Assembly (NCBI GenBank): GCA_045837725.1
Contig: JBEWZL010000024.1
Coordinates: 1 to 32,532, forward strand
Reading direction: 5' to 3'
DNA from: Vermamoeba vermiformis
Lineage: Eukaryota
DNA length: 32,532 bases
Shown: piece by piece, positions 10,507-24,100 of the stretch
Numbering within the stretch: position 1 is the first letter of the stretch
Layout of the letters: every line of letters begins with the position of its first letter
The notes under the pieces: generated by a model
Told to the model about the DNA's origin: nothing
The model's input: the letters and a program-made list of their open reading frames with translations, nothing else
The model's database searches: none
Translations under genes and position numbers: made by a program

Positions 10507-11770
10507 TTAAAGAGTACCAGCGCTACTCTTGTTGAAAAACAGATCAATAGGCTTGCCCATCGTATCGCTGAACTCAGTGTGAGGCACGCCTAACAACTCG
10601 AGAAGTGTTGCTGCGACTTGATTGGATCGCCACTCGTGCTTTTCAGTGGTGCTTGACGGCAAAATATTTCCACGATGTGACAGTGCTGGTGATCCGAAAG
10701 CCATCCAAACATATTGCGCGCCTTCAATATCGAAATCGTGATTGTGCCAGTCAGCCAAGGTCTCGCCTCGACCGTGATCAGTGGTGATTATCAACGATGT
10801 CTTGCCTGCATAGTGAGGGTCGCTGTTAATAAACTCCCAGAGCTCTTTGAGATAATGGTCGATTTGATTCAACGACTCCAAGTACAAATCGTATCTGTCG
10901 TGATGCGCCCAATCGTCGGGTTCGCCGTAGCCCTAGTAATAAGTTGTTAACAACGTGTACACTATTAATCATTAGAAGGTGGAGGCTTACTAAGAACATA
11001 AACTTTGGCTTGTGCGAGTTCATGTGCGTAAGTGCGAACCGATGCGTGAAACTATCGTGCCTGACTTCCTTGAATGGCGTCAATGTTTTGAACTGCATGT
11101 CACTCAGATATCGCACGAGCGGATCAGGGTGCTCGTAGTGATCATATCCTGCATTAGTAATGATTGTGCCTTTCTTGCGCTCTGCAACCTAGGAACAAGC
11201 GGGTGTGTCAGAGAGTGACACGTGACTTGTGTGTTCACAACTTACATCCTTCAAGTTACGCCACGAAGCAAACACAGCTACTTGATTATAATCCAATTGG
11301 AATCTTTCTTTGATGAACTCGCAAATGGTCGGGAATACATTTTGTCCGAAGTCGTTAGTGTTAATGGCGTCTTGTGGAGTGCCCGTGAGTAATTCAGAAT
11401 AGCCTGGATACGAAAATCTATATTTGTTGGCGACTTGGGCTACCGATCCTATACATCAACATTAGCGTGAGTTACTAGGCTAGATCTATTCATGAAAATG
11501 GATGTGTAACGCACCGTTGTGTCTATCTCCGACGATGCATCCATGATTCTTTAAAAATTCGCCCCATAGCCACGGCATCATCTTGTGTCGTCTCTCTTCG
11601 GCCGTCTCAGCCCAGTACTTTTTAAAAAACGGTTGATCTTCAGCCTTTTGATTAGGATGATTCTTTTGGACAATTTGAGTGACCAAATGCTTGTCTAGGC
11701 CACCGAACATCTCTTGAGTGCGAACACCGTCGAGAACGACCAAGATCACGTTTTCGGATCGGTTGTCCAT
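10507..11770 (-). CDS. Alkaline-phosphatase/sulfatase-superfamily metalloenzyme, multi-exon
   Basis: NVILVVLDGVR (first metal Asp), FSYPGY (putative Ser nucleophile), DDWAHH, TTDHGRG; exons linked by short GT-AG introns. Confidence 0.8.
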
Positions 11771-12199
11771 TCTATTAATTAATAGAGATAAATTAGAATG
11801 GTATGATTATATACGTGATCAATTAAATCGCTATTTATTTCAAAAATCGGCTAATTTTTGCGATTTAAATTGCTTTTTTCAACGGTTATTTCAAATATCA
11901 ACTTGAATAGACTACCAGGCAAGGTAACTTTGCTATCTTGAAGTTATTTTGGAAAATTTTAAGATTATTACCTGCTTTTGTCTTGTGGTTGTGACGTTAA
12001 TCGAGGAACCAAATTGAAAACCGATAATTTTCCTTGTCCACCCTCGTAATTCAATATGCAAAATTTTCCTAAATACACGAATAATACATTAGCCAATGAG
12101 CCATCACATATCTAGTTAAATCATTTTTAATTTAATTAATCAAAAATAATTATTTTGCGCAACTAAATCTGCCTCCATTCTAAATACAATCACTTACAG

Positions 12200-12442
12200 A
12201 TGTCGAAACAAATAACCAAGGCACAATTAAAAGAGCACGCAAAAGAAAAGGACACTTGCTACGTTGCCATCAAAGGCAAAGTGTACAACGTGTATGGTTT
12301 CTTAAACGAGCACCCAGGAGGTGGTGAGATCATTGAAGAGCACAAAGGCAAAGACGCCACAAGCGAGTTCTTGGATATTGGTCATTCTGATTACGCCGAA
12401 GATCTGTTGAAGAAATATTTGGTTGGCGACTTGGTTGAATAA
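12200..12442 (+). CDS. Cytochrome b5, soluble heme-binding domain only
   Basis: IKGKVYNV..FLNEHPGG, GKDATSEF, IGHS (both axial His); no C-terminal membrane anchor. Confidence 0.93.
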   Translation: MSKQITKAQLKEHAKEKDTCYVAIKGKVYNVYGFLNEHPGGGEIIEEHKGKDATSEFLDIGHSDYAEDLLKKYLVGDLVE

Positions 12443-12712
12443 AACTGCTTTCCATTCCAGGACTGTTAATTAATCATATACACCACGATATTGTAACTTT
12501 ATATGCCTGTAGGCTGGTATTCCTCTTATGCTAAACAATCAAAGAAAATTCGTGCGGTAAAGTTCCGAGGATTCGAAAACTTTGGCGGTGTTAACAAGCA
12601 ACGAAGGTACATGTTTACACGATTAACTTTTATTCTTCCAAAAGTATACTATACATCATTTTTACAAAATCTTATTACAATAAATAATTATTTTACGCGA
12701 GACAGCATTTTT

Positions 12713-13920
12713 CTAAGAGAGGCACTTCTTGCAAACATAATCGCTAGAGTGATTGTGCTTCAAGCAGCCCTATACAATGATAGTATGTTAGTAATCAAGA
12801 TCATCAGCTTAGCTAACCAAGAGCCTAAAATATAATTTACGGAATCCTCGGACATATTCGGAGATTAATCCTCCTAATTATAGGGGAGGCTCGCGATCTC
12901 TTCACTAAGACCAGTTAACTTACCTTATGTGTCCAATTGAAGCACCGTGTGCATTGTTGCCAGTGTTCGACGGTTGGAGTTTCAATGTAGTAAACTTCGT
13001 AACACTCTGGGCAGTATTGACCTTTCTTAAATCTCAAGCCGCAAGCGTTGCAGAGGTAGGCAGTAGTACCGTTCTTCCACTGAAAACAAAAGCATTAGTT
13101 AGCGTGTTCGAAAGGGAATCAAATCTGATTTTGTGTTCCGATTCTATAAAACAAAGAATGATACGATCAAATATCACCGCTATTAGTCTGAACAATGATA
13201 TCATAAAACAACAAACACTACCACTGTTTAAACGCTACCAAATCATGTTGCACGTGTCGCATTGTTGAATTTCACTGAACGAAAATCATAATAACCGTCA
13301 GTCACGCTACCACAACTTACCTCGCATTGTCTCCAAAGAGTAGACTCAGCACCCTTGCAGTTAGCACAAGGTTCGCCATTGGGAGCCCTCTTTTTATTCG
13401 AGTAAGGAGTTACCGTCACTTTGGGATCGTCATCGAACCGTCTGGCGCGCTTAGGTTTCAATTCAGCCTCCTCGTCAGACTCATAGTAATCAAGCTTTCG
13501 CTTTCTGCGGGAGGTCGGGATGCTTTGTTGACGAACAGGCAAGGATTCGGATGCGGACACGGGAGCAGATTGTATCTTTTCCGCGCTGGATAGCAAAGTT
13601 GCACTGCTCGAGTTAAAACTTGGATGGTGCGTTAGTAAAACCCTTGGATAAAACATTTTTGAAGGCGATTTCAACTTTGTTTCAAGACTAAGCTCCAAAT
13701 TAAGGTAACAGATTTGGGTTGGGATTTGCTTCGCTGGCAGAAATCAAACTTACGTGTTGGAAAGCATCTCCATGACGAGCAGAGACTTGGCCGCATCGAC
13801 TTCTTTGGCGCTGAACGTCCTGAACTTTGGAGACTCGTGGTCTCTGGTAAACTCAACGGAAGTAAAGATGTTGCTTGGTTGTAAAAACGTGCTAACGGGA
13901 GAAACGACTGAAGCCAACAT
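12713..13920 (-). CDS. GATA zinc-finger plus PHD-finger protein, 4 exons
   Basis: Splicing gives CANCKGAESTLWRQCE|WKNGTTAYLCNACGLRF (GATA), then CPEC...WQQCTRCFNWTHK|GC...YVCKKC (C4HC3 PHD); basic NLS-like RRKRK. Confidence 0.82.
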
Positions 13921-14939
13921 GGTGACTACCTGCGATCCTTATGCCTTTACCGAGGGTTGGAACGGGGGAGAGTTGTGGTTTTGATTTCGCGCTGGCGATT
14001 GCAACTGAAAACAGGAATGACGAAATCAAATTTTTTGTTTTTCGGACATTTAAATCGGTTTTTCTATGATTTTTCCCTTTTTTCACGTGATTTTGCCTTA
14101 TCGGGACTGAAAATTCCCTTTTCGGACTTGAATCGCCCTGGCAGATTTGATTCTCGGACATTTTTGCCTCGGTTTGGTCATGCACGTGGAGAGTTTAGAA
14201 AGGCATGATAGCGCGATTAACATCGTCTTTAAATATGATCACCCCAAATCGGACACCACAGATGCAAGAAGAACGCGACCCTCTTTGTCCGGCGTTTCCC
14301 AGCCACGTAAAGACCCCAAAATCAACCTTTACTGGCGATTTGAACCCGTCTCGCTGTTCTACGTTGTTAAAGGGCGATCATTAATGGTATGCTCACCGAC
14401 TCCGTTCGAATCTGTAACTTTTTCGGCCAGATTTAATTGTTGTGTGATACGTTAGTCGGTGCTTATCTAAAGATATAAACTATCAAGACGATCGTGGTGT
14501 CGCGTTCCAAATACATGACAAATGGTAAAACACCTTTTGGCGGCTTTTTACTGCGCTATGACGTCATAGTCGCCACGTCACTGGCCCACAAAAGGATCGG
14601 ACAAGAAAAATCACCGGTTTTAAAGATGATGTATGATCGGAGAGTATATGCTGTGTAAATATGTTACAAACAAGCGAGAAGTGTTGTTTGGAGCGCTTTT
14701 AAATCGGCAAAACGAAATTTTCCCGATCTGATCAAACTAAATTTGTGCAACGATTTGAATAAAATCTATTGCTTACGTCATCGAACAAAAATTACTTTTC
14801 TGCAATCGCGGCACTTTGTAAGAATCAAGATTTGAGGGTAGCGTAGGTAAGTAATGCAGGCTGTGGTGGACCGACCACCTAATCTGTCCGATTTTGGAAA
14901 ACCAAGGATTGCAACCATCTAATTTAATTCAAGTAATGA

Positions 14940-16585
14940 TTACTTAGCTTTATTGGTGAAAGGTGTGCTGGTAGAAGGTCGCATCTTCTGTAACGACTGT
15001 TCTAACGATGCCTCGTAATCTCCGATGTTTGTGATCTCAGACGGGAGAGGGAACCTAAACTCCAACCAACTGCCCTCAGAAACACTATTTATGGAAGAAT
15101 TAATACGATGGTTCAAGCGGGCGATGACGTGGCGGAGTTTTGAGTGAATTGTTTCACCTCCATCCGTTGCATTGCTATTGCGCAAAATAGCTCACACAGA
15201 TTGAATTAATTAATCAGCGGTTCGTGCGCACATGGATCAATTCACTAAAATGAAATCAAGATATTACGTACCGGCCCATCAAATCGAATCCCAACCGATC
15301 GAGCCCGAATACAAACACTTCATCAACGTCGGTATCTCCGTATTCCTTGCACATCTTCTTCAGCTCTTCGGCATAATTGTTGTTGATCTTGTCGATAAGA
15401 ACTCTTGATTGGCGCGCGATGGGATCGGATGGCGCCTGTTTTTTTAAACTCTTCAACAACCGCCTTACTATTAATATCGCAACTTACCATAGTAAATTGT
15501 TTTCCCGTGAACTGCACATTATCTCCAGTACTGCAAGGTGGTTAGTACGATTCATGAATGGAGCACGCGACTATCTTATTTGTGGGATATTACCTTCGCA
15601 CGTAGTACGCATCTGATGGCTCAAACTCGTAGAACTCGAACACTTCTGAGTCTGCTACAAACTTTCTCGAGCCTTTGTGCACTTCGTCGTACCGATCGAT
15701 CATTGGTTCAATCTCATCTCGATCCAACACAATCTTTAAATCTCCGACGATATTGACCTTTGGCAGTGGCAGTAGCGACGGGTTGATGTTCGGCGGCGTT
15801 AAAGGAAAGACCTGTCAATAATAAAGTGAGTACTAAACTCGCGAGCCGAGTACCATGGGGTGGCTTCCGTACTGTTAGAGATGACTTGGCCACGGTCTGA
15901 ATGTTGCTATAATGTTTCTCGTCCTTGCGCAGAGCGATTACGGGCACACCAGGCTTACGTGCCATCAGCACATAGGGCATTAGTGAGCCGAACAATGGTG
16001 GTCCTGTGCTCTCTGGATCTATCGTCTGAGTGCGTGAAATCTTAAAAGCACACGTCAGTATGGAGAACATATAGAAGGTATATGATATATATATTATTTA
16101 ATGATTTTAGACCTGGCCTAATGGGTTGAATGAACTTACTCGCAGATCTACTGTGGTAAATGTGCCGGACTTTCTGGACTCTAATATGGCTCTAGCTTTT
16201 TCTACTTCATCAAGCTGTGTTTTTTGTGCTTCAGTTTTTTCGGTTGTATAGCGTCTTTTGCTGTGGATGAAGAGAAGGGATCGCGAGCAAGGAGATTTGG
16301 TCGTTCTACCAAAGCAACGCGCCTAAAAATTCGATTTAATTACTATAAAATATATATTACATATCTAGCATAATTCGTCCAGGTACAGCGATAGCCGGTT
16401 GGTGTCAATTTTAATTAATTATAAACGCAAATTGAAAAAGATGCCAGAAATACTAATATTAAACGCCTATTGTGAAATTAAGTAGTATAATTATTGTACT
16501 ATTTTAATTAGTAAATTGCAAAAGGCTTGTAACAGTCACTTACCGTTGCAGATTGGCTCACCAATCGTTTTAATGTTTGTAACAT
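14940..16585 (-). CDS. Pyridoxamine-5'-phosphate-oxidase-like split-barrel protein (HugZ/GluTR-binding-protein-like), probably mitochondrial
   Basis: Basic, acid-free N-terminus MLQTLKRLVSQSAT|ARCFGR; KARAILE..GTFTT, FGSLMPY, HYSNI...SSLTV; C-terminal GLDRLGFDL...RFPLP. Confidence 0.65.
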
Positions 16586-16787
16586 GCTTGTGCGTATTCA
16601 ATTAATATAACTATATACAATACACTATCGTAAACGCAAGGTTACTATAAGTTAATAAGCTGTCGTATCTGACAGACTGACGAAAAACAAAATGATGAAC
16701 AGATCGCGCCAGAAAACATGGCGATGTTTAACCCGCACGATTAGTTCAATAAAGTATTAAATCTAAATCTTCATTTTAGCCCCGGGC

Positions 16788-17213
16788 ATGCCACACTTCC
16801 CAGGCCAGTTCCCGCCAGGCATGATGCCAGGACCAATGGGCATTCCACCACGTGGCTTCCGAGGCGGACCTCCACCACCTTTCATGCGCGGCGACAGACG
16901 CGGACCACCTCCTGGCATGCCGCCATTCCGTGGCCCTCCACCCCCTGGCATGCATTTCCCTCGTAAGTACCAAGCCATGATTTTGAATGACATGCACTAA
17001 CCGCAATGTCCTTAGCTGGAGGCGAGCCTTTCAGAGAACGTGAAGATGACAGACGTGAAAGACGAGACCACAGGCCGCGTAAGTAGTGCCCTAATAGAGC
17101 TTGATCGGGTCACTTACTAACGTCATATTTTCATTGAGGCTGAACGATCTGGCGAGCGAAGATCATCGCGAGAACGAAGTGACAGACCACGTGATGTTGT
17201 AATTGGTCGTTAA
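16788..17213 (+). CDS. Small Pro/Gly-rich and Arg/Glu/Asp-rich protein or 3' gene fragment (RNA-processing-factor-like)
   Basis: PPGMMPGPMGIPPRGFRG exon followed by two spliced RE/RD-rich exons; an acceptor (ttttag, 16779) precedes the ATG, so the true start is uncertain. Confidence 0.5.
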
Positions 17214-17764
17214 ATGTACTCTTTTTATTTGAGCGGATCCGCTTGCTAACCCCACCCTATTTGATATCCACTGATACTTATTAGGCAATATTAAGGTATC
17301 TTAACGAGAACTAATATTGGATAGCTATCTTAATAACATTAGGTCAGCAAAAGAAAAATATTGATTTTGTAAATAAATTAGGTACTGGGTAAGTGAAGTG
17401 TTCCTGACTTCCGGAGAATACGGTGCAGACATAATTTTTCCGAAAATATCGTGTCCGAAAGATAAAGAAACACAAGACAGCAAACCGAATCACGAAATAT
17501 GAAAAAGCAGCGTAGATATATATGGTACGGCTTGGTACTTATGAACATAACCCTAAAACCAGTTCTCGTTGGCGCTTTGTGAAAGCATTTATGCTTCATC
17601 AAATTACACTACCACACTAATAGTAAGGTAAAGGCCTATTAATGATTTGCTGAAAGAACGTAGAGGATCTGGCTAAAAATTCTGAGAATTCGGGCTGGTC
17701 TAATTTTCGATCTCTGTAAGTTGAAAACAGCGATTAGTTAACCCTCATTAGTGAACTATTGTGT

Positions 17765-18724
17765 CTAGTACGTACTGCAAGTTCCCAAGCCGTTCTCAAC
17801 AAACTGGATCGAGTAGTTGCCGTAGCTGGTGCTGAGGCCCAAGCGATAAGTGCCTAAATTGAGCAATAATTAGCGATTGTTATTTGAAGTGTTAATATAT
17901 TTAAGGGCGTTATTATATTGATTAATTACCAGGGTAAGGATAATTGATGGACAGGCAAAAAGTTTGGAAGTTGTAAGAACTACCGCTGTATTGATATTTG
18001 CCACGATAGACCGGGTATAAAGAAGTAGAATTGCTCATATAGAAGTAGTAGTTGTTTTGATAGGGCGTAGGTAGAACGACTGCTTGGAAAGCTCTCAATC
18101 CGGAGTCAATAACAAACTTGTAGAAGATGTACGTGTTGGGGATGGGAAAAGTAGGAGACGAGACTTGTCTATCATATAAGGTAATAGGGCCTATAATTGA
18201 ATGGTTAAGTCAGTGTTAACGAAGAACGGATCATGAATCTGCAGATTTGACCCGTTGACATTTCTTTGGTTCTCACTCACCTTGAGTGTATACGGTTAAA
18301 CCATACTTGGTATTAGTATATCCGTATACTCCAATGTAAAGGATGCTGTTGGAATAGTTTCCGGTGTTCAGATCGATGTTCGGATTGTACAAGTACTTCG
18401 AAACGGCACCTCCGGTCACGTTCTCATATTTCCAAATGTTGCTTTGGAAAGTAGGGAACGATCCAATATTAGCATAATAGAAAGGAGTGCCCTAAATAAT
18501 TATTTTCAATTTTTAGGAATTATGAAATAAAAAAATAAATCACTTACGGAGTCAACGCTAGTGACGAGCTGAACATAATTAATTGTCGATTCAGACAACT
18601 GGAGGGTGAAATAACTCCAGGATCTGAAAGAAGTTGAAGAGCGGTAAGTATAACCAGGAGTCAACGTAGTTTGGGCAGCCGCCAAAGCGACGATTAAAGC
18701 AACAAAAATAATATGCTTATACAT
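17765..18724 (-). CDS. Secreted Tyr/Ser-rich beta-sandwich-like protein, 4 exons
   Basis: Signal peptide MYKHIIFVALIVALAAA-Q; exons with clear GT-AG borders; last exon ends ...GTCSTY*. Confidence 0.7.
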
Positions 18725-19298
18725 GTTGCTTGTTGCTTGATAGACGAACTGAAGCAAGAATGAGCGCCAAAGATATTTATGTCGAAGTGTCAACCGTGAC
18801 GTTCGCGAACAATCGGGAAATAACACGAAGTCTCCCTTTTCTCAAGAAAATCATCAATAGGAATATGTGGACAATGGTCAAATTAATGTTATTACGTGTT
18901 GGTCCCATGTACCGACCTCCTTAAAAAGAACGATTTTTTCATGTGCAATCCGATCCAGATCTCCATCCAACTGAGAAGCGTTATCTTCGCATCGATATCC
19001 TAGTAAGAATTATATATTCATTGCATACCATTACTTTGCAAAATCGTTCAAGAGCTGCGTTAAGGGATCTAAGATCTGTTCTTGACACGTGTCAAGTCCC
19101 TTCGTCTTCATGGCAGTTCTATCAACTTGGCTTCTTGAATATAACTACATTTAACAAAGTTTAAGTAAGATAAGCTAATCGCATATAGATAACTTGGTAA
19201 GGATACGGAAACGTAACGTACAGTCTTCAAGTCTTAAGGTGGATCCAGCCCAACATGCGCAGAACGTGCCAAATTTTGGTCAAATATATAGATGACAT

Positions 19299-19953
19299 TT
19301 ATTCATTATTATTCAACGCGTGGTATTGAATATCGTGTGCTTGCGAGTGCTTCAAGTGACGCAGATGTACTTTAACTTCTTTTTCGACCGCATCCGCTTC
19401 GAACATCATTTCATGCAGCAGCTCTAATGTCGCTGAAAAATAAGCCACGAAAGCAATGTTGTCAAATGTCTCGCCAACTGATTCTTGCACTATGAAGAAC
19501 ATGATGTGAAAAAATCGGACCAGCTTGTAGAAATAAAACGCTACACGAGTCCAAGGGAACCATTTCAGCATTGTTCTATAGTGTCCCAATAATACGAAGA
19601 TCATTAGGCCATAAGCAACCATTGCGTGGATCTGATCGGTGTCGAGCGAATCCCAAGCGTTTTTGTGACCTTTGACTAAAAACATATAGGCTACTATTGA
19701 GCTAGCACCGGCGGCAGTGAGGGCACTAATTTTAATATATTGTTGCCAAAATTTCTTACGGTGCACCAAGACCGAGCAAGTGATCAAGATCGCTAAGCGC
19801 GGATACGTCGTAAGCGAAGATTTTGAAGTCAACTTCTTCCGGTAAAAAGTCCAATAAAATAGGATTGATGGCTGTAAATAATTCTACTATAATTGTCAAG
19901 GTGTAGACGATCCAAGCAATTTTGCCTCGTTGCGGTGGAATCTGGATTGACAT
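19299..19953 (-). CDS. Multi-pass membrane protein of unknown function
   Basis: Two ORFs join in frame through a 34-nt GTAAG...TTAG intron (19759-19726); several hydrophobic segments. Confidence 0.65.
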
Positions 19954-21194
19954 TTTGGCCTAAAAACCGTTAATACTCGATTAAAATTATTCATCATTAT
20001 TTGCCCTACGTTTTTTTAACAAAAATAATCGAATAAACAAATGCCTTGTCGTTGTTGTGTCATTATTTTAAATAATAAATAAAGAAACGAGACTTTTTGG
20101 CTCAGAAACGTCAATCAGGCCAAAATTGCTTATAATTACCTTTAGCCGTAATGGCACCTCCTAGCATCGAGATAGTCGATATTTTAATTTAAATTGGTAC
20201 GATTTATTACGTAGTACTAGTACTCGGTAACGGTCAGCTGACTTGGGAAACGTGCCGCGTACGCCCATAGTTCGCTATCACCGTAAAAAGCTTCTCTTAT
20301 GGTAGCCTGCAAACAGCGAATTTATCCTTGTAGCCAGGTGCACCTGTAATAACAAACATGAGTTAGAGGAACGGGATGGAGCAAGATGAGCTATCACACC
20401 CTATTATCCTTACGCCCTATAGGGAAGAGCGCAAGTATCTTGACGGGTGTTTGTGATGAGTAGATAACTTACATTGTGCAAGTCTGAATGGCGCACGACA
20501 AGGTTTGGTAGGACGAAGTCGATGGCGATCTGAACAGATGACATTAATATCAAAATCAACGTGAAAAATTGATTAAAAATTATAAATGATATATAATCAG
20601 GTACTGAGGGTTGTAATCATTTCAAATCAGGTGAAACACGGACAGTACAAAAGTTCATCAGGTTATGTTGCGGATTTGTTGTTGAAAAAATTAATTTTGA
20701 ATAAAATAGCTTACCAAAGCCATGACATTGCAAAGAAACGACGAGATTGGACTCTGCACATGAGAAAAAAAAATTAGAAAATATATTCACGATCGCATCA
20801 AACAAAAAAAATAAGAGGCTATTTCTTGCGTCAGGTTTACAGTATCGTTCATTATTTTTCAGAACAGGTCTGTGTAAAATTTGTATCATCATAGAAGAAA
20901 GCTGCACTGTTGCTCAAGCAAAGCAAGAGATATTGCTACGCACCTAATCCATAATGCTGGGACCTCAGACGCCTTGTTCGTTTCTCATGCGTGGTAGTTG
21001 CTTGGAGAAGTAGGAAGCAATGCCGCAACGAAGCGCAGCAAGATAGTTTAAGCCAAGTTTTGCAGTTAAGCCACGATAGAAATTCCAATTTCTGCCAAAG
21101 ACTTGTTCGCGAATTTTTTATGCCAGAAGAACACGCATTGTAAATAGAGGTGTGCTGTATTTATTAGTATATATTTGTATTCACAAGCAAACCA

Positions 21195-24100
21195 ATGTGT
21201 ATTTTCTGCTTACAATACGGTCAAAAACTCCTTCACAAAGAGCTGCCATCCACCAATACAACCTTCAAGCTACCAAAATCAGTCAAAAATAATCAAGAGA
21301 AATTCTTCGAAATAGTGCAATGGGAAACTATCGATTTTATATCGAAGCAAGTCCGAGAGTTCATGCCTGTTAAGCTGGTACCTCTACAAACGACAGGAGA
21401 TGGTAACTGCTTACTTCACGCACTCTCTCGTGCCATGTGGGGAGTAGAGATATTCTGGGAATTATTAAGGAAGTCTCTGCACGAAGAGCTCTCAACGAAT
21501 CTTGAGTGGTATAAGAAAATAAGCGCAGAAAAATATGAAGAAAAAGAATTCGAGCAAATATTACATCAAGCATCTGAAAAAGGTCAACATTTACAATTTA
21601 TTCACGTTTTTGCAATGGCCAACGTGTTGAAACGACCAATTATTATTTACGGTTCAGATGAAGATATTGAGCGATACGGCATGGGCGAGGTATGTAAAAT
21701 TATTTATGACATATAATATTTGTAGTTCTGCCGTAAATTTTGGGACCACACAAAACCAGGAATTTGCGATCTCGATTTTCTTAAATATTTAAGAGGCGTC
21801 ACCCTATTTTTATGCATAATAACAGGTCATCATGATAGTGCATAACAGCAATGACAACGCCTCTTTATTCTGAAAAAATTCTTGTTGTTTCGTTGCAGAT
21901 CCGTTTCAGAAACTCGTTCTAACCATTTTTAATTTAGCTTGGTGTAGCCGCCTTATTTTTGCCAACACGCCACGGAGCACAGGTAATTAATGGCTTTCAT
22001 TTTGGGATACTTATGTCTCGTCATCAATATTGACGTTATTCACTGAAAACGTAATCTATTTTAGGAGTGTAAAGCCAGACCGTTAGCATTAGCTTGGAGC
22101 TCGCATTATAAAAATCATTACGTGCCACTAGTGATGCTTGAGGGTAATATTCAAAAGATACTTTGATTTGTTTATCAATGCTCAAAATATTTTCTGCAGG
22201 CGAGCAAGTAGACTGGCCGCTATTAGATATGGCATTTAAAAACACATTACACGAGAATGAAAAAATAGAAGATTACTTGCGTCCAGATTTAGAAGAGGTC
22301 ATGCCTGAAATTGAAAGTTTGATGTCCAACGACGACAATTTGCGTGACTCGGACGAGATTGCAAAAGATCGTGAGGCCTCGAGAAGCTTACAAGAGAAAC
22401 TAGAAGCCAGTGTGAGGATGTTACTAGGTTAGTATCTTATATTTAAATATTACTATTGTTACCAACGGTGCGTAAACTAACGCGTGACTGTTGCAGAGCG
22501 AAGACAACGAGAAATGGAGAATCAATTGAAATTAATGGCACTCATTCAACAATTGCAATCACAAGATGAATCCGCACAAAAGAGTCCTAAAAAGGGCGAT
22601 AAGATGGTGTTTATACCGGGCAAAGGCTTCTTCAGAATTAACACGAGTGGCGTCGAGGACGAAGATCCTGAAGCGGGCGTCGATCCAGACTCGAGCGACG
22701 ATGATCCAATGGACATTGAAAACGAGTCCGAAGAGATGAAACGAATCAGACAAGACTTGAAACAATTAGAAAAAATCAAAAAGAAGCGAGAAAAGCTCTT
22801 GCGCCAGAAAGATGATCTCTCAAAAATCCAACAAAAACAAGAAAAAGATCAATCTGACATGACCGAGGGCATGTCTATAACAGAAGAAGACGTTCTCGAT
22901 GAGCGGGAGTATGACGTGATCAGAAGTGTTGCAGTTTCAAATCGCTTGAAACGACCTCTCGGATTTAACGTCACAGACAACCCTGAACAAGTGGCAATGG
23001 ACTTTTGCATCCGCGAGAACCTCGTTCAACAGCACTCTAAAGTCGCGTTGTTCGTGCGCAACAATCAAAAGTACTTCATCGAGCACCCCGAGGCCATCGT
23101 CAAGAAAAAGATTAGAGATTTATTGAAGCCTGGCGATCCGTTGCTCCGCGTCCTCGAAATGAACAAGAAATACAATCACTTCCCATTCCAAGTAAGGCTA
23201 AAAATATTTCAGATCTACTTGCACGAGAGTAACCATTTTTATTTGTAGGCTAAGCCCCTGACGTACAGTCAAGGAAAGTACGAGGCAATTCTGGCCAAGT
23301 TATTATCGTTCAACGATCCTGTTGGCAAATTGAACCCTGCCATGGCCTTGGACGCCACGGAAATTAAATTCTTGGAACGAACAGTGGCCTCGTTGCAACA
23401 GTACGCTGAGAACACGCAGGCATCAACTTTTATGACCGAAGAGTTGAACGTCATTTGGAAGCTGCTTCAATGGCCCGCTGATAAAGTCTTCCCTGGTAAG
23501 CGGATCTCATTCTCACTTTCGAAGGTACGCTCCCATTAACGATTTATATTTAGCGTTGGATATTTTGCGTATCTTAGTGTTGCACCAACATGCAGCTATG
23601 CAGTTGATGAAGTACACAGACGCTTATTTCAAGTCGAAGAGCACGCGCTTCGTTGAAATGACCAAAGATTTTGATTTGAACCAAGAACGTGACTTGTTGA
23701 AGATATTATTGAATTTCACTAATGTCCCTGGTACGTATATATGGCACGATCGAAATTAGAGTCAATAATACTAACTTGCCTTGTAGAACAAAATATCTCC
23801 AAGATCAACTTCATGCTGGGCTTGAAGTTCGTCTCCAATTTGTTCGCGCACACGGACTTCGTGCCTAGTTTGCGACTGGTACGTCAATAGTCGTCATTCT
23901 TATTACGATATCTAACATAGTTTTGTTGCAGTACCAAGATGTTATTCTGGACAAGATTGTTGGTGGTGCTATGGCCTTCGTTGCCGACAAGAATCTCGCG
24001 AGTATTATTGCTAGTGTCCTGCTGAAGTACGTATCTTTTGGCAAATGTATTAGCGCCGTTTACTAACGTTTTCAATTAGCTACTCGGTCATTTTCTTCAA

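Noticed and set aside
12503-13268. Plus-strand ORFs 12503-12835 and 12927-13268
   Set aside because: They overlap antisense to the PHD and GATA exons, which explain the region.
20290-21150. Possible small exons on either strand between the membrane-protein gene and the OTU gene
   Set aside because: Splice-like signals are present but no consistent frame or motif could be assembled.
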